Assembly: GCA_050309605.1 (NCBI GenBank)
Contig: JBNRMN010000033.1
Location: 64,001 to 128,000, forward strand
From: Anaerohalosphaeraceae bacterium
GTDB taxonomy: Bacteria > Planctomycetota > Phycisphaerae > Sedimentisphaerales > Anaerohalosphaeraceae
Length of the DNA stretch: 64,000 nucleotides
Direction: 5' to 3'
Below, in pieces: positions 49,104 to 58,103 of this stretch. The notes under the pieces are model-generated. The model made no database searches, was not told the origin of the DNA, and worked only from the letters and a program-made list of their open reading frames with translations. A program made the position numbers and the translations under genes. How positions within the stretch are numbered: position 1 is the first letter of the stretch; the number at the start of each line of letters is the position of its first letter.

Positions 49104-51449
49104 ATGCGCGTATGGGGTGTGCTGCGAAAGAGTGTCTTGAGTTTGTTATCGATTGTTGTGATGGGAGGTGTGACCGGTTCATCGGTTCAAGCCGAGGGGC
49201 TGCTTCGCTATTATTTTCCTCCCGAAGAATCGCTTGACAAGGTGATTACAACACAGGTATGCATTTACGGCGGCACCTCGGCCGGCGTCGTGGCGGCGCT
49301 GGAATTAAAACGGCTGGGGATCGATTCGGTCATCGTCCATCCCGGCGTGCGGATCGGCGGGCTGACCGCAAGCGGGCTGGGCTGGACGGATTTCGGGACT
49401 CAGGACGCGGTTCAGGGCATCGCCCGGGAATTTTACGAACGTCTCGGCGCCGCATATGATATGTCCATACGCTGGACGTTTGAGCCGTCGGTCGCGCTGG
49501 CGGTGTTTGAGGAGATGGTCGCCGAGGCCGGCGTTGAGGTCTATGACAAGGCGTTTCTGGATCGTGCGGCCGGCGTGAAGATGGAACATAATCGCATCGT
49601 GAGCCTCACGACGGAAAACGGGCTGACGGTGCGGGCGGCGTATTTCATCGACGCCACATATGAGGGCGATTTAATGGCCGCGGCCGGGGTGTCCTATACC
49701 ACCGGACGCGAAAGCAATTCCGTTTACGACGAGACCTACAACGGACGGCAGGTCCGCCAAAAGCATCAGTTTCTTCGGGATGTCAGCCCGTATATCGTCG
49801 AAGGCGATCCGTCCAGCGGCCTGCTTGCCGGCATCGAAACCGAGATCCCCGTTCAGGGGCAGGGCGATCACCGTATCCAGGCGTACAATTTCCGGATTTG
49901 TATGACCGATCAACCAGACAATCGTGTGCCGTTCCCCAAACCGGCCAACTATGACCGGTCGTGGTATATTTTGCTGGAACGTTACTTTGCCGCTGGTTTC
50001 GGGACGGAAGTCGATAACTTTTTCCAAAAATTTGATCGTATCCCGAACGGCAAAACCGATACGAACAATCACGGCGGGATATCGACCGATTTCATCGGAC
50101 AGAACTATGATTGGCCGACGGGCAGTTATCAAACCCGTGAGCAAATCTACCAGCAGCATGTTGGCTATATCCAGGGCTACTGGTGGTTTGTCGCCAATGA
50201 TCCGGCCGTCGGAAAGGTGGCCCCGACCATTCAGGCTCGGCTGCAAAACTGGGGTCTGGCGGCCGATGAATTTGTTGAGTACGGCCACTGGCCCCCCCAA
50301 TTGTATGTTCGCGAGGCGCGTCGGATGGTCTCGGATTATGTCATCACTGAGCACGACTTTTTCGGGCGAACGCGCGTGTCCGATTCGGTGGGGCTGGCGT
50401 CGTATGGGATGGATTCGCATAATTGTGCGCGGTTTGTGACCGCCGAGGGCTATGTGAAAAACGAAGGCGATGTGCAGATCGGCGGAGTTCAGCCTTATCG
50501 GCTGTCGTATCGGGCGATTGTGCCGCGCCGCGGTGAGTGTGGCAATCTGGCGGTTCCGGTGTGCGTGTCGGCCTCGCATATCGCCTATGGCTCCGTGCGG
50601 ATGGAGCCGGTGTTTATGATTCTGGCGCAGTCTTCAGCGGCGGCGATCGCACAAGCCATTGAAGCCGACGGCATAGACTTGCAGTCGGTCGATATCAAAC
50701 AACTTCAGCACACACTTGAGCAGCGCGGCCAGCGGCTGGTGTGGGGTACTTATCTGGACGATGTGGACGGTACGATCATCGATTCGGAGCAGTCTTCTCA
50801 GGTCATCGTCATCGGGGATTGGCTTGCCAGCGGCAGCGTCGCCGGTTTTATCGGCGAACATTATCTGCACGACGACAATACCGGCAAAGGCGAAAAATCG
50901 GTCGTTTTTCAGCTTCATGTTCCCGCGTCCGGATCGTATGACGTGTATCTGTGCTGGACTGAACACGTCAACCGCGCGACCCATGTGCCGGTGTCGGTCC
51001 ATCATGACGGCGGACAGTCGCAGCATACCGTCAATCAACGCGTCAATGGAGGGCGGTGGAACAAGCTGGGCCGTTATGTCTTTGCCGAGGGGAGCGGTTC
51101 GGTTGTCATTTCCAACGCCGGCACGGACGGCTATGTCGTGGCCGATGCGGTTTTAATCAGCCAACAAGTCAGTACGTGCGACGATCTGATCCGGGCTGGA
51201 CACATTATGCCCGGCGATATCAGCGGACCCGAGGGCAAGCCGGATTGTTATGTCAATATATACGATCTGGCCGAGATGGCGCGTCAGTGGCTTTTTTTTT
51301 GGAATAAACAGAAGGACGATCCGTCATGCAGCGATTCGGTGTACAGTTACCGGATGATGAACAAAGAGTGTTTCTTCAGCTCGCGCGCCAGTGTCTTCGC
51401 ATCGCAGCCGCAGAGACGATTCAGCTCGACCCAGAAGGCCCGGCTGTGA
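49104..51449 (+). CDS. Secreted FAD-dependent oxidoreductase with a xanthan-lyase-C/golvesin-like module and a dockerin-like tail
   Basis: YGGTSAG, GGLTASGLG, IDATYEGDL, YVREARR, SVRMEP; YLHD...VVADAV; GDISGPEGKPDCYVNIYDLAEMARQWL. Confidence 0.85.
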   Translation: MRVWGVLRKSVLSLLSIVVMGGVTGSSVQAEGLLRYYFPPEESLDKVITTQVCIYGGTSAGVVAALELKRLGIDSVIVHPGVRIGGLTASGLGWTDFGTQDAVQGIAREFYERLGAAYDMSIRWTFEPSVALAVFEEMVAEAGVEVYDKAFLDRAAGVKMEHNRIVSLTTENGLTVRAAYFIDATYEGDLMAAAGVSYTTGRESNSVYDETYNGRQVRQKHQFLRDVSPYIVEGDPSSGLLAGIETEIPVQGQGDHRIQAYNFRICMTDQPDNRVPFPKPANYDRSWYILLERYFAAGFGTEVDNFFQKFDRIPNGKTDTNNHGGISTDFIGQNYDWPTGSYQTREQIYQQHVGYIQGYWWFVANDPAVGKVAPTIQARLQNWGLAADEFVEYGHWPPQLYVREARRMVSDYVITEHDFFGRTRVSDSVGLASYGMDSHNCARFVTAEGYVKNEGDVQIGGVQPYRLSYRAIVPRRGECGNLAVPVCVSASHIAYGSVRMEPVFMILAQSSAAAIAQAIEADGIDLQSVDIKQLQHTLEQRGQRLVWGTYLDDVDGTIIDSEQSSQVIVIGDWLASGSVAGFIGEHYLHDDNTGKGEKSVVFQLHVPASGSYDVYLCWTEHVNRATHVPVSVHHDGGQSQHTVNQRVNGGRWNKLGRYVFAEGSGSVVISNAGTDGYVVADAVLISQQVSTCDDLIRAGHIMPGDISGPEGKPDCYVNIYDLAEMARQWLFFWNKQKDDPSCSDSVYSYRMMNKECFFSSRASVFASQPQRRFSSTQKARL

Positions 51450-51910
51450 TTTTTGTGGCGGATATGCGCCAATTCATGCAGCAGAAGATAATCCTGAAGC
51501 CGGCGCGGCAGAAAGACCATATTGATATTCAGACTGATGTTGTTCCGCGATGAGCAACTGCCCCATCGGGTCTTCTGGCAGCGAAACGTCGCGCGGTTGT
51601 AGGGCAGACGATGCTGTTTTGAAAATGCCTTAAGTCGGTCGAACAACGCTTGTTGTGCCTTGAGCAAGTCCTCCTTTGACAGCGCCGGCGGGGGCGCTTG
51701 GTGTTGCTGCTGCTGAGCGAACCGCCGCAGGTGTTTTTCGATCCACTCCTGTTTGGCTGCAACAAACTGCTGTGCCTCTGACAGGGCCATCCGGTGCGGC
51801 AGGGTAACGCGGACTTCCGGCTCCGGTCGAATCGCGATTCGAAGCCGTTTGGCGCGTGTGGAACGCACATAGCGAATGGGGGCATCGATGTTCACGGCCT
51901 GCGGCGTCAT
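51347..51910 (-). CDS. YgjP/DUF45-like M48-family metal-dependent hydrolase
   Basis: QKTRWGSCS, LHELAH, NHSRAFW. Confidence 0.9.
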   Translation of the reverse strand: MTPQAVNIDAPIRYVRSTRAKRLRIAIRPEPEVRVTLPHRMALSEAQQFVAAKQEWIEKHLRRFAQQQQHQAPPPALSKEDLLKAQQALFDRLKAFSKQHRLPYNRATFRCQKTRWGSCSSRNNISLNINMVFLPRRLQDYLLLHELAHIRHKNHSRAFWVELNRLCGCDAKTLARELKKHSLFIIR

Positions 51911-51913
51911 CTG

Positions 51914-52696
51914 TCAAAGCCTTACCTCTGTCGAAGCCGATTTCAGCGGGGCGGCGGTCAGGGCAAACGGCATCCGGCGCCCGGCCCGCTGAAACGCCTG
52001 TGTCGTTTCCTGTACGGCCAGTCGAGGTGTATTGCGCTGGCTGCTCAGATGGCCGAGCATCACGTGTTTCGGCGGTGTTTTACTTTCTTCGACCACGGCC
52101 ATCAGCAGCTCGGCGGTCTGCGGGTTGGGCAGGTGGTAACGGCTGTTTGGGTTGAAGTTTTGCCGAAGCAGCGCCAGGTCGTGATTGGATTCGATAAAAA
52201 TAAAGTCCGCCTCCACAAAATGACCGAGCCGATTCTGCCATTCGCACAAGTCGGTGGCAATGACTATTTTCCTGTCCTGATGGAGGATTTCAAACCCGAA
52301 CGTTGCACACCACGGCTGATGGGCCACCTCGAACGGGCGAATCCGAAAATCGCCTACATCAAACACGTCATCGGCAAACGGCGCCAGCTTCAGCGCGCTA
52401 AACCGACGACCGTTGTAATGCTTGTCTTTCAACTGGCCCACACTGGCTTCGTGCAGTCGAATCGGCAGTGCCATCTGTTCGAGTGCCCGCAGCGGATAAT
52501 AAGCAATATGGTCGCTGTGCGTATGCGTCAGCAATACAGCCGAGACGGGAACGCTGTCATGCAGGGCCGCCAGCGTTTCACGGGTCCGCCGCATAGACGA
52601 CAGCCCGCAGTCAATCACCAGACGGGTGGATTCACTGTTCAGGGTGATGCAGTTTCCTGCACTGCTGCTGCAAAGAGTTTGGAAAAAAACTGCCAT
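51914..52696 (-). CDS. MBL-fold metallo-hydrolase (YycJ/WalJ-like)
   Basis: SSSAGN, IDCG, THTHSDH, ATD, ESNHD, HLSSQRN. Confidence 0.9.
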   Translation of the reverse strand: MAVFFQTLCSSSAGNCITLNSESTRLVIDCGLSSMRRTRETLAALHDSVPVSAVLLTHTHSDHIAYYPLRALEQMALPIRLHEASVGQLKDKHYNGRRFSALKLAPFADDVFDVGDFRIRPFEVAHQPWCATFGFEILHQDRKIVIATDLCEWQNRLGHFVEADFIFIESNHDLALLRQNFNPNSRYHLPNPQTAELLMAVVEESKTPPKHVMLGHLSSQRNTPRLAVQETTQAFQRAGRRMPFALTAAPLKSASTEVRL

Positions 52697-52763
52697 TCCA
52701 TCCCTGGAAATCAAAAGGGGAAAGTGTCAATTCAAACGGTCTGGGCTGCGTTGTATTAACAGC

Positions 52764-53204
52764 CTATCTGTTGAACGGTCTGTTGTTGAAACGCCGTTTG
52801 TGTTTCGCATTTTTGGGCGGTACATCCTTGATTTTCCGTCGGGCCTTGGGTGTGGGCGGCGTCGGTTTCTTTTTTTTGCGTTTGGGTTTGTGCTCCATCA
52901 GATACAGCGACTTGGCGCAGGCCTCTCGCGTCACCTCGTCGGCGCTTTCGCGACCTTGCCGGAGCACCTCGACAGCCATTTTTTTCATTCGGCCTTTCAT
53001 ATTGCGCAGGCCGTACGCGGCGGCTTTTTTGGCGGTTTTGGGGTAATCGCCGAACAGCGCCTCTTTGAGCAGGGTCAACCCGTCCTCCTGCAGCCACGAA
53101 AGATTATAAGCCGCCACACGGGCAACCGAAATATTTTCGGAAAGCAGTTTGTCCCGCAGGTTTTTGAGCAACTCAATCGTTGCCGGATCGCGTTCTCGTT
53201 CCAT
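52764..53204 (-). CDS. Hypothetical protein: HEAT-like helices with a very basic C-terminal tail
   Basis: GGAGG RBS; helical repeats; K/R-rich end. Confidence 0.7.
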   Translation of the reverse strand: MERERDPATIELLKNLRDKLLSENISVARVAAYNLSWLQEDGLTLLKEALFGDYPKTAKKAAAYGLRNMKGRMKKMAVEVLRQGRESADEVTREACAKSLYLMEHKPKRKKKKPTPPTPKARRKIKDVPPKNAKHKRRFNNRPFNR

Positions 53205-53460
53205 AACAGCCCTCCCGTTCTGATATCCTTTCAGTTCCCGTTCACAATTTCCATAACTTTTGCATTTTCACAAAAATTGACCACAAATGCAAGTCCCAAT
53301 CCGCCTCAATCCGTCCAATTGCACACAATTGTTAAAATAACTCTGAATGGTGAGCGGGTCAACCTGAAACAGGATATGTTACAGTCAAAATAAATACATT
53401 TTGGACGAGGCAAACCATAACAATAGACAGCGACGCCTATCTTGACGTTTTGGGTTTTTT

Positions 53461-54300
53461 TTACAGTGGATTTATGTCATTCGATTGCCCTGTGCGGACG
53501 ATGCTCGTATGGGGCGCGGCAAAGGTGCGGATGGCCCCGGCGTCCAACTGGACAATCAGGCCGTCGGCCGGATCGATCCCCCGGCAAAAGCCGCTGAAGG
53601 TGCGGTTGTCGCATTCGACGGTGATGTGTTGTCCGAGCAGCGTGCTGAGCTGCGCCCAGCGTTCAATGACCGGATTGACCGGGCTGGCCAGCCCCGCCAA
53701 CGCTCGGTCGAGCCATTCTTCCAGTGCCGCCATGAGCGTGCACGTCAGAGCCGTGCGGTCAACAAGGGTGCCGGTTTCGATGCGAAGACTGGTCGCCGGT
53801 GAGCGAAGGCGGCCATCGGCCAATGCCTGGGCGGTTTGATTGCAATTGATGCCAATGCCGACGACAAAACACACCCGCCTTCCGATGGTGCGTTTTTCTA
53901 CCAGGATCCCGGCCAGTTTGTTGCCTTTAACGAGGATGTCGTTGGGCCATTTGATGCCGGCGTTCACCCCGCAGAACGAACAAACCGCCTCCGCAGTCGC
54001 CACCGCAGCGGCCAGGGTCAGCAGCTCCGCTTCGATCGGCGTATCAATCAGCAAAACCGAACAAAGGAGACTTTCGCCCGGCCGGCTGTGCCAGAGGCGT
54101 CCGCGGCGCCCGCGTCCGGCGGTCTGCTGCTCGGCCAGTACGCACAGCCCGTGATGCGCCGAATTGCCCGCATATGCCCACGCAATATCGTTCGTCGAGG
54201 CGGTCGTCTTAAACACCACCACCTTGCCCCCCACAACGCACCCCTCACGCGCCGCCTCAATCCGATCAACATCCAGTCCCGCCGCATTCACAATCGTCAT
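53461..54300 (-). CDS. birA: Biotin--[acetyl-CoA-carboxylase] ligase
   Basis: STND, QTAGRGRRGRLW, IKWPND, KLAGIL, GIGINC. Confidence 0.94.
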   Translation of the reverse strand: MTIVNAAGLDVDRIEAAREGCVVGGKVVVFKTTASTNDIAWAYAGNSAHHGLCVLAEQQTAGRGRRGRLWHSRPGESLLCSVLLIDTPIEAELLTLAAAVATAEAVCSFCGVNAGIKWPNDILVKGNKLAGILVEKRTIGRRVCFVVGIGINCNQTAQALADGRLRSPATSLRIETGTLVDRTALTCTLMAALEEWLDRALAGLASPVNPVIERWAQLSTLLGQHITVECDNRTFSGFCRGIDPADGLIVQLDAGAIRTFAAPHTSIVRTGQSNDINPL

Positions 54301-54569
54301 TCGTCCTTGTCTGTCCATAAAAAAGAGGGGCACCTTCGACAAAGAATACGTCTTGACGGTGATGACCCCGCTGTGTAATATGATGTGGAACATCCGGTAT
54401 CGCAACGTTTGCTGTTCCCGGCATAAGCGCCGATTATGTCGGCCAATGTGAGCCTGTCAAGGAGAAAAATAGTGGCTGTTCGGGGCGTTACTCTTAATCG
54501 ACTCGATTATTTAAATAACTCCGAGCAAAAAGTGAAGATGTTTTAGAGAAATAATAAGGAGTGATCAAG

Positions 54570-55199
54570 ATGGAAAACACAAGTCCGAAAAGAGCCATGC
54601 TGTTCATAAATTTTTGCATTATTCTCAGTTGTTTAATGCTCATCTTGACTTACTTTTTGCCTGTAGAAGCGCAATGGAAACCCTTTGATGCATGGAAAGG
54701 ATATTGGGAGCCGGGCACAGGTCGCGTTATTCAAAGTACATTGATCAGCTTGTTCGCAATATTTCCATATGGTGTTGGCCTTATTGTTTTACTCGGTTTG
54801 GTATTTCGTCAATTCCCTAAAGCCTGTATGCTAAAATCACTTCTCTATTTCATTGGGTGGGTGTCGGTCGGCGTTTATAGAATTCATGAAATTGCCAAAG
54901 ACGAACTTTATAATCATCCGAAACTATGGGGGTTTCTCGGAACCATAATCATTTTGTCCCTGACTTCAGTTTTTTTCTGTGTTGGACGTAAGTTTTCAAA
55001 AATGAAAGCATGTCAAATATACTTGATACTTCTCGCCTTGGGTAGCCTGCTTCAACAAATGTGTGAAATTGCTTGGTATCTTTTAGAAGATGGATTGTTG
55101 TTAAATATTGGTTCGGTCACAGGCATTACCTCAGCAACAACTCTGTTAATTTGCTTAGTTACAAAAAGTCTCGTGATTTCCGATATCAAAGAAAGGTAA
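54570..55199 (+). CDS. Hypothetical multi-pass membrane protein, low GC
   Basis: About 6 hydrophobic segments; AAGGAG RBS; visibly AT-rich compared with neighbours. Confidence 0.7.
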   Translation: MENTSPKRAMLFINFCIILSCLMLILTYFLPVEAQWKPFDAWKGYWEPGTGRVIQSTLISLFAIFPYGVGLIVLLGLVFRQFPKACMLKSLLYFIGWVSVGVYRIHEIAKDELYNHPKLWGFLGTIIILSLTSVFFCVGRKFSKMKACQIYLILLALGSLLQQMCEIAWYLLEDGLLLNIGSVTGITSATTLLICLVTKSLVISDIKER

Positions 55200-55264
55200 C
55201 CGTTTCCATTTAAATCCTACCTGTCCAGTCCGATATCGACGGCCACGAATTAAATAGGGACAGT

Positions 55265-55614
55265 GGGGCTGTTGAAGAGGTCCGTTAAACCAAGATAAAT
55301 TTTCATGCCGCAATTTTTCGCGGAATTATTTTTACTTTTCCCCTAATTTCTTCTCTGGCAGCACTACGGAATTCCCTAAAGCGTTTTGTCACAAAATGTC
55401 GGCCTGCAAATCGCAAAAAACACAATAATACGGCGGCCAGCTGCTTGAGAATATGATCGTCGGGTATGAGGGTGGATAACGGCCCGGCAACGAACAAATC
55501 CTCCTGCCAGCGATCCTGTTTACCAATCACAATCAAACCTCCATGATTGAAATTATTACGGGGCTAACCTATAATGATAGTATAAGGGATGCAGGGGGCT
55601 TTTTCAACAGCCCC
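55265..55614 (-). mobile_element. Internally deleted IS1182-like element (MITE-sized, ~350 bp)
   Basis: Ends GGGGCTGTTGAA / TTCAACAGCCCC; internal ORF 55303..55536 starts like a transposase N-terminus (GKQDRWQEDLFVAGPLSTLIPDDHILKQ). Confidence 0.75.
55303..55536 (-). pseudogene. Transposase remnant (N-terminal ~32 aa fused to a probable C-terminal tail)
   Basis: LIPDDH.L motif typical of DUF772/IS1182-type N-termini; no DDE domain; GGAGG RBS upstream. Confidence 0.7.
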
Positions 55615-55781
55615 ACTGTCCCTATTTATCCCATTTATTCTCATTTATCCTTCTAAAAAGGCAAAAATTACCCTCTTTGTTCTCATTATTAAAAAATTTT
55701 TGATTTTATTCGGTAATTTTTACCGTTCTAAGGTCTTATATCATAGGATAATTTCTATACAAGGGTTTTTGAGAATAACAG

Positions 55782-56330
55782 ATGGGTGAACTGGGTGCAC
55801 AATCTGCTGGCTCTGATCAAAACAGAGAATTTGTAGAACTTTTTACAAAACACCAGAAGCAAATCTTTTTCTTTATTTTGAATTTGGTATCCAATCATAC
55901 CGATGCAGAAGACCTCCTTCAGCAGACGGCCGTGGATATGTGGAAGATGTTCGGACGTTATGTGCAGAAGACAAACTTTCTAAACTGGTCTCTTGCCATC
56001 GCAAAATTCAGGGTGTTGAAGTTTCGTCGGGAACAGAACAAAAAAACTCGGATTCTCAATGACATTCTATTTCAAAAACTCGCTGACGACCTTCTGAAGC
56101 GACAAGACACAGGCGATGAACAAGTTGCCTTAGAGGGTTGTCTCAAGCGTCTCGATAATTCGGAGCGGGACCTGCTGCGTCTTCACTATGAAGACGGGTT
56201 GACCTACAGGGCGATTGCAGAGAAGTGTCATTGTGCAGAGCGAAGAATGTATACAATCATGTCTCGGATTCATTTGGCACTGCACGACTGTATCCTGAAG
56301 ACCCTGGTTCTATGGAAGGGTGACGTATGA
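55782..56330 (+). CDS. ECF sigma-70 factor (paralog of 44446..45000)
   Basis: DAEDLLQQT, FLNWSLAIAKF, HYEDGLTYRAIAEK. Confidence 0.92.
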   Translation: MGELGAQSAGSDQNREFVELFTKHQKQIFFFILNLVSNHTDAEDLLQQTAVDMWKMFGRYVQKTNFLNWSLAIAKFRVLKFRREQNKKTRILNDILFQKLADDLLKRQDTGDEQVALEGCLKRLDNSERDLLRLHYEDGLTYRAIAEKCHCAERRMYTIMSRIHLALHDCILKTLVLWKGDV

Positions 56331-58015
56331 GCAGCAAACAGGAGCTTGAATTTGCTCAGTTGGTGCTGTCCGCCCTGGAAGGTGATATCTCCGGAGAGCA
56401 GAGCAGGGTTCTGACGAATACCCTGAACCGCGATCCGAAAGCATTGCCCCTTTATGTCAGCCTCATGAAAATCTATACGGAATTATCGCCTTTCGGCAGT
56501 GTTCGTATTCCTCCGATTTCAGAGCCGCAGTCAGACAACCAGGCGGAAAACCTCAATGAACTGCTCAATATCCTGGCTGCCGAAGAGAATAACGCTCCGA
56601 TTGTGAACGTTCCCAAACCGGTCGAACCCAAACCGATCTCTAAACCGGATGAAATGCCGGTTCCGGTACGGAAAGTCAGCACACTTAACTTATGGATACT
56701 TGGTCTGTCTATGGCGGCCCTGCTGGTGATTGTCACCTTTCTGAAGATTGTTCCCTATTTCGAAACGGTTCCGGTCGCCACCCTAAGCGATTCTATCCAT
56801 GCGGAATATATCGACGAAACATTTCCGGCCGGAAGCCGGCTGACCAATCGGAAAGAACCCTATCGCCTGCAAAAGGGAGTCGCCAGGATAGCGTTTGACT
56901 CCGGGGCCAGCGTCGTCATTGAAGCGCCTGCGGAATTCCAGATTAACACCCGCAATACGATGGTTCTGCATTCGGGCCGGCTTTTTGCCGTCGTGCCCGA
57001 ACAGGCAACCGGATTTACCGTCAAGACAGCGACTTCGACCGTGATTGACCTGGGAACGGAATTCGGTTTGCATGTGGCGGCTTCTCAGGAAACAGAGCTG
57101 CATGTCTTCTCGGGAAAAACAAAGCTCTATGTTTCCCTGTTTAACCAGCCCCAGATAACCACCGGCCAGGCCAGAAGCGTGGACGCCGTCACCGGCGCGA
57201 TTAAAACAATCCCTTTTGAAAAGTACCGCTTCATTCGCCGCATTGACTCCGGCGCCAATATCATCAGCCGGGGGCGAGATATGATCAGTCTTGCGGACTT
57301 GGTTAAGGGCGGCAATGGATACGGAACTTCATGGAAAACGTCCGAAATCTATTCGGTCGATACGGGCCAAAAAATCATCGACCGCAACGACGGGTATCGA
57401 ACCCTCGATAATACGTACCGGAAGGTGGCGGCCAACCCCTTCATCGACGGGATTTTTGTTCCGAACGGGAATCATCAGACGGTCAGTTCCGATGGGCATG
57501 TTTTTGCGGATTGCCCCGAAACGTCCGGTTTATTTTTTTCTGATTTGCGTTTTAGCAACTCCTGGGAATACGCCCCTCCCGCCGCGCGGCTGTATCAAAC
57601 GCAGCGAAACCTGAATTTTGCTCCCGCTGTTGTGTTGATGCACTCCAATATCGGCGTCACATTTGACCTGGATGCTGTCCGCAGACAGTTTCCCGGTCGG
57701 TCGATCCGCCGTTTTCTGACCTCGGCAGGCAATTTATTCGTGTTTGAAGGCATCCCGGTTGCCGGAGCGGAAGAATATTCCCCGGGGAGTACGGAATTTG
57801 ATGTATGGATCGTTGTTGACGGGCAACTCCGATCGAAGGCCCCAAGGGTACGATGGGACAGCTTGATCGCTCTGGAGGCGCCGATTAGGGCGGGAGACCG
57901 TTTTTTGTCCATTCTGGTTACTGACGGGGGGATCGTGTATGAGGGCGACAATGCCAATCATTACGATTCATGCGGCCTGGCGGATATGCGGTTAGAAATT
58001 GAATTGATCGAATAA
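56327..58015 (+). CDS. FecR-domain anti-sigma factor with NPCBM-like C-terminus (paralog of 45000..46694)
   Basis: Overlaps the sigma stop; GASVVIEAPAEF, VIDLGTEF, MHSNIGVTFDLDAVR, DRFLSILVTD. Confidence 0.82.
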   Translation: MSSKQELEFAQLVLSALEGDISGEQSRVLTNTLNRDPKALPLYVSLMKIYTELSPFGSVRIPPISEPQSDNQAENLNELLNILAAEENNAPIVNVPKPVEPKPISKPDEMPVPVRKVSTLNLWILGLSMAALLVIVTFLKIVPYFETVPVATLSDSIHAEYIDETFPAGSRLTNRKEPYRLQKGVARIAFDSGASVVIEAPAEFQINTRNTMVLHSGRLFAVVPEQATGFTVKTATSTVIDLGTEFGLHVAASQETELHVFSGKTKLYVSLFNQPQITTGQARSVDAVTGAIKTIPFEKYRFIRRIDSGANIISRGRDMISLADLVKGGNGYGTSWKTSEIYSVDTGQKIIDRNDGYRTLDNTYRKVAANPFIDGIFVPNGNHQTVSSDGHVFADCPETSGLFFSDLRFSNSWEYAPPAARLYQTQRNLNFAPAVVLMHSNIGVTFDLDAVRRQFPGRSIRRFLTSAGNLFVFEGIPVAGAEEYSPGSTEFDVWIVVDGQLRSKAPRVRWDSLIALEAPIRAGDRFLSILVTDGGIVYEGDNANHYDSCGLADMRLEIELIE

Positions 58016-58103
58016 CATTTCCCTGCGGCGCGCAGCGCCGGGGGCTGTGATATCGGGCTTGGTGAAAAACATGATCTAACTTTATTTGTGAAAGGGTAAT
58101 GAG

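Noticed and set aside
53408..53440. c-di-GMP-I riboswitch (GGCAAACC...GACGC)
   Set aside because: Lacks the GAAA tetraloop stem and the second hairpin.
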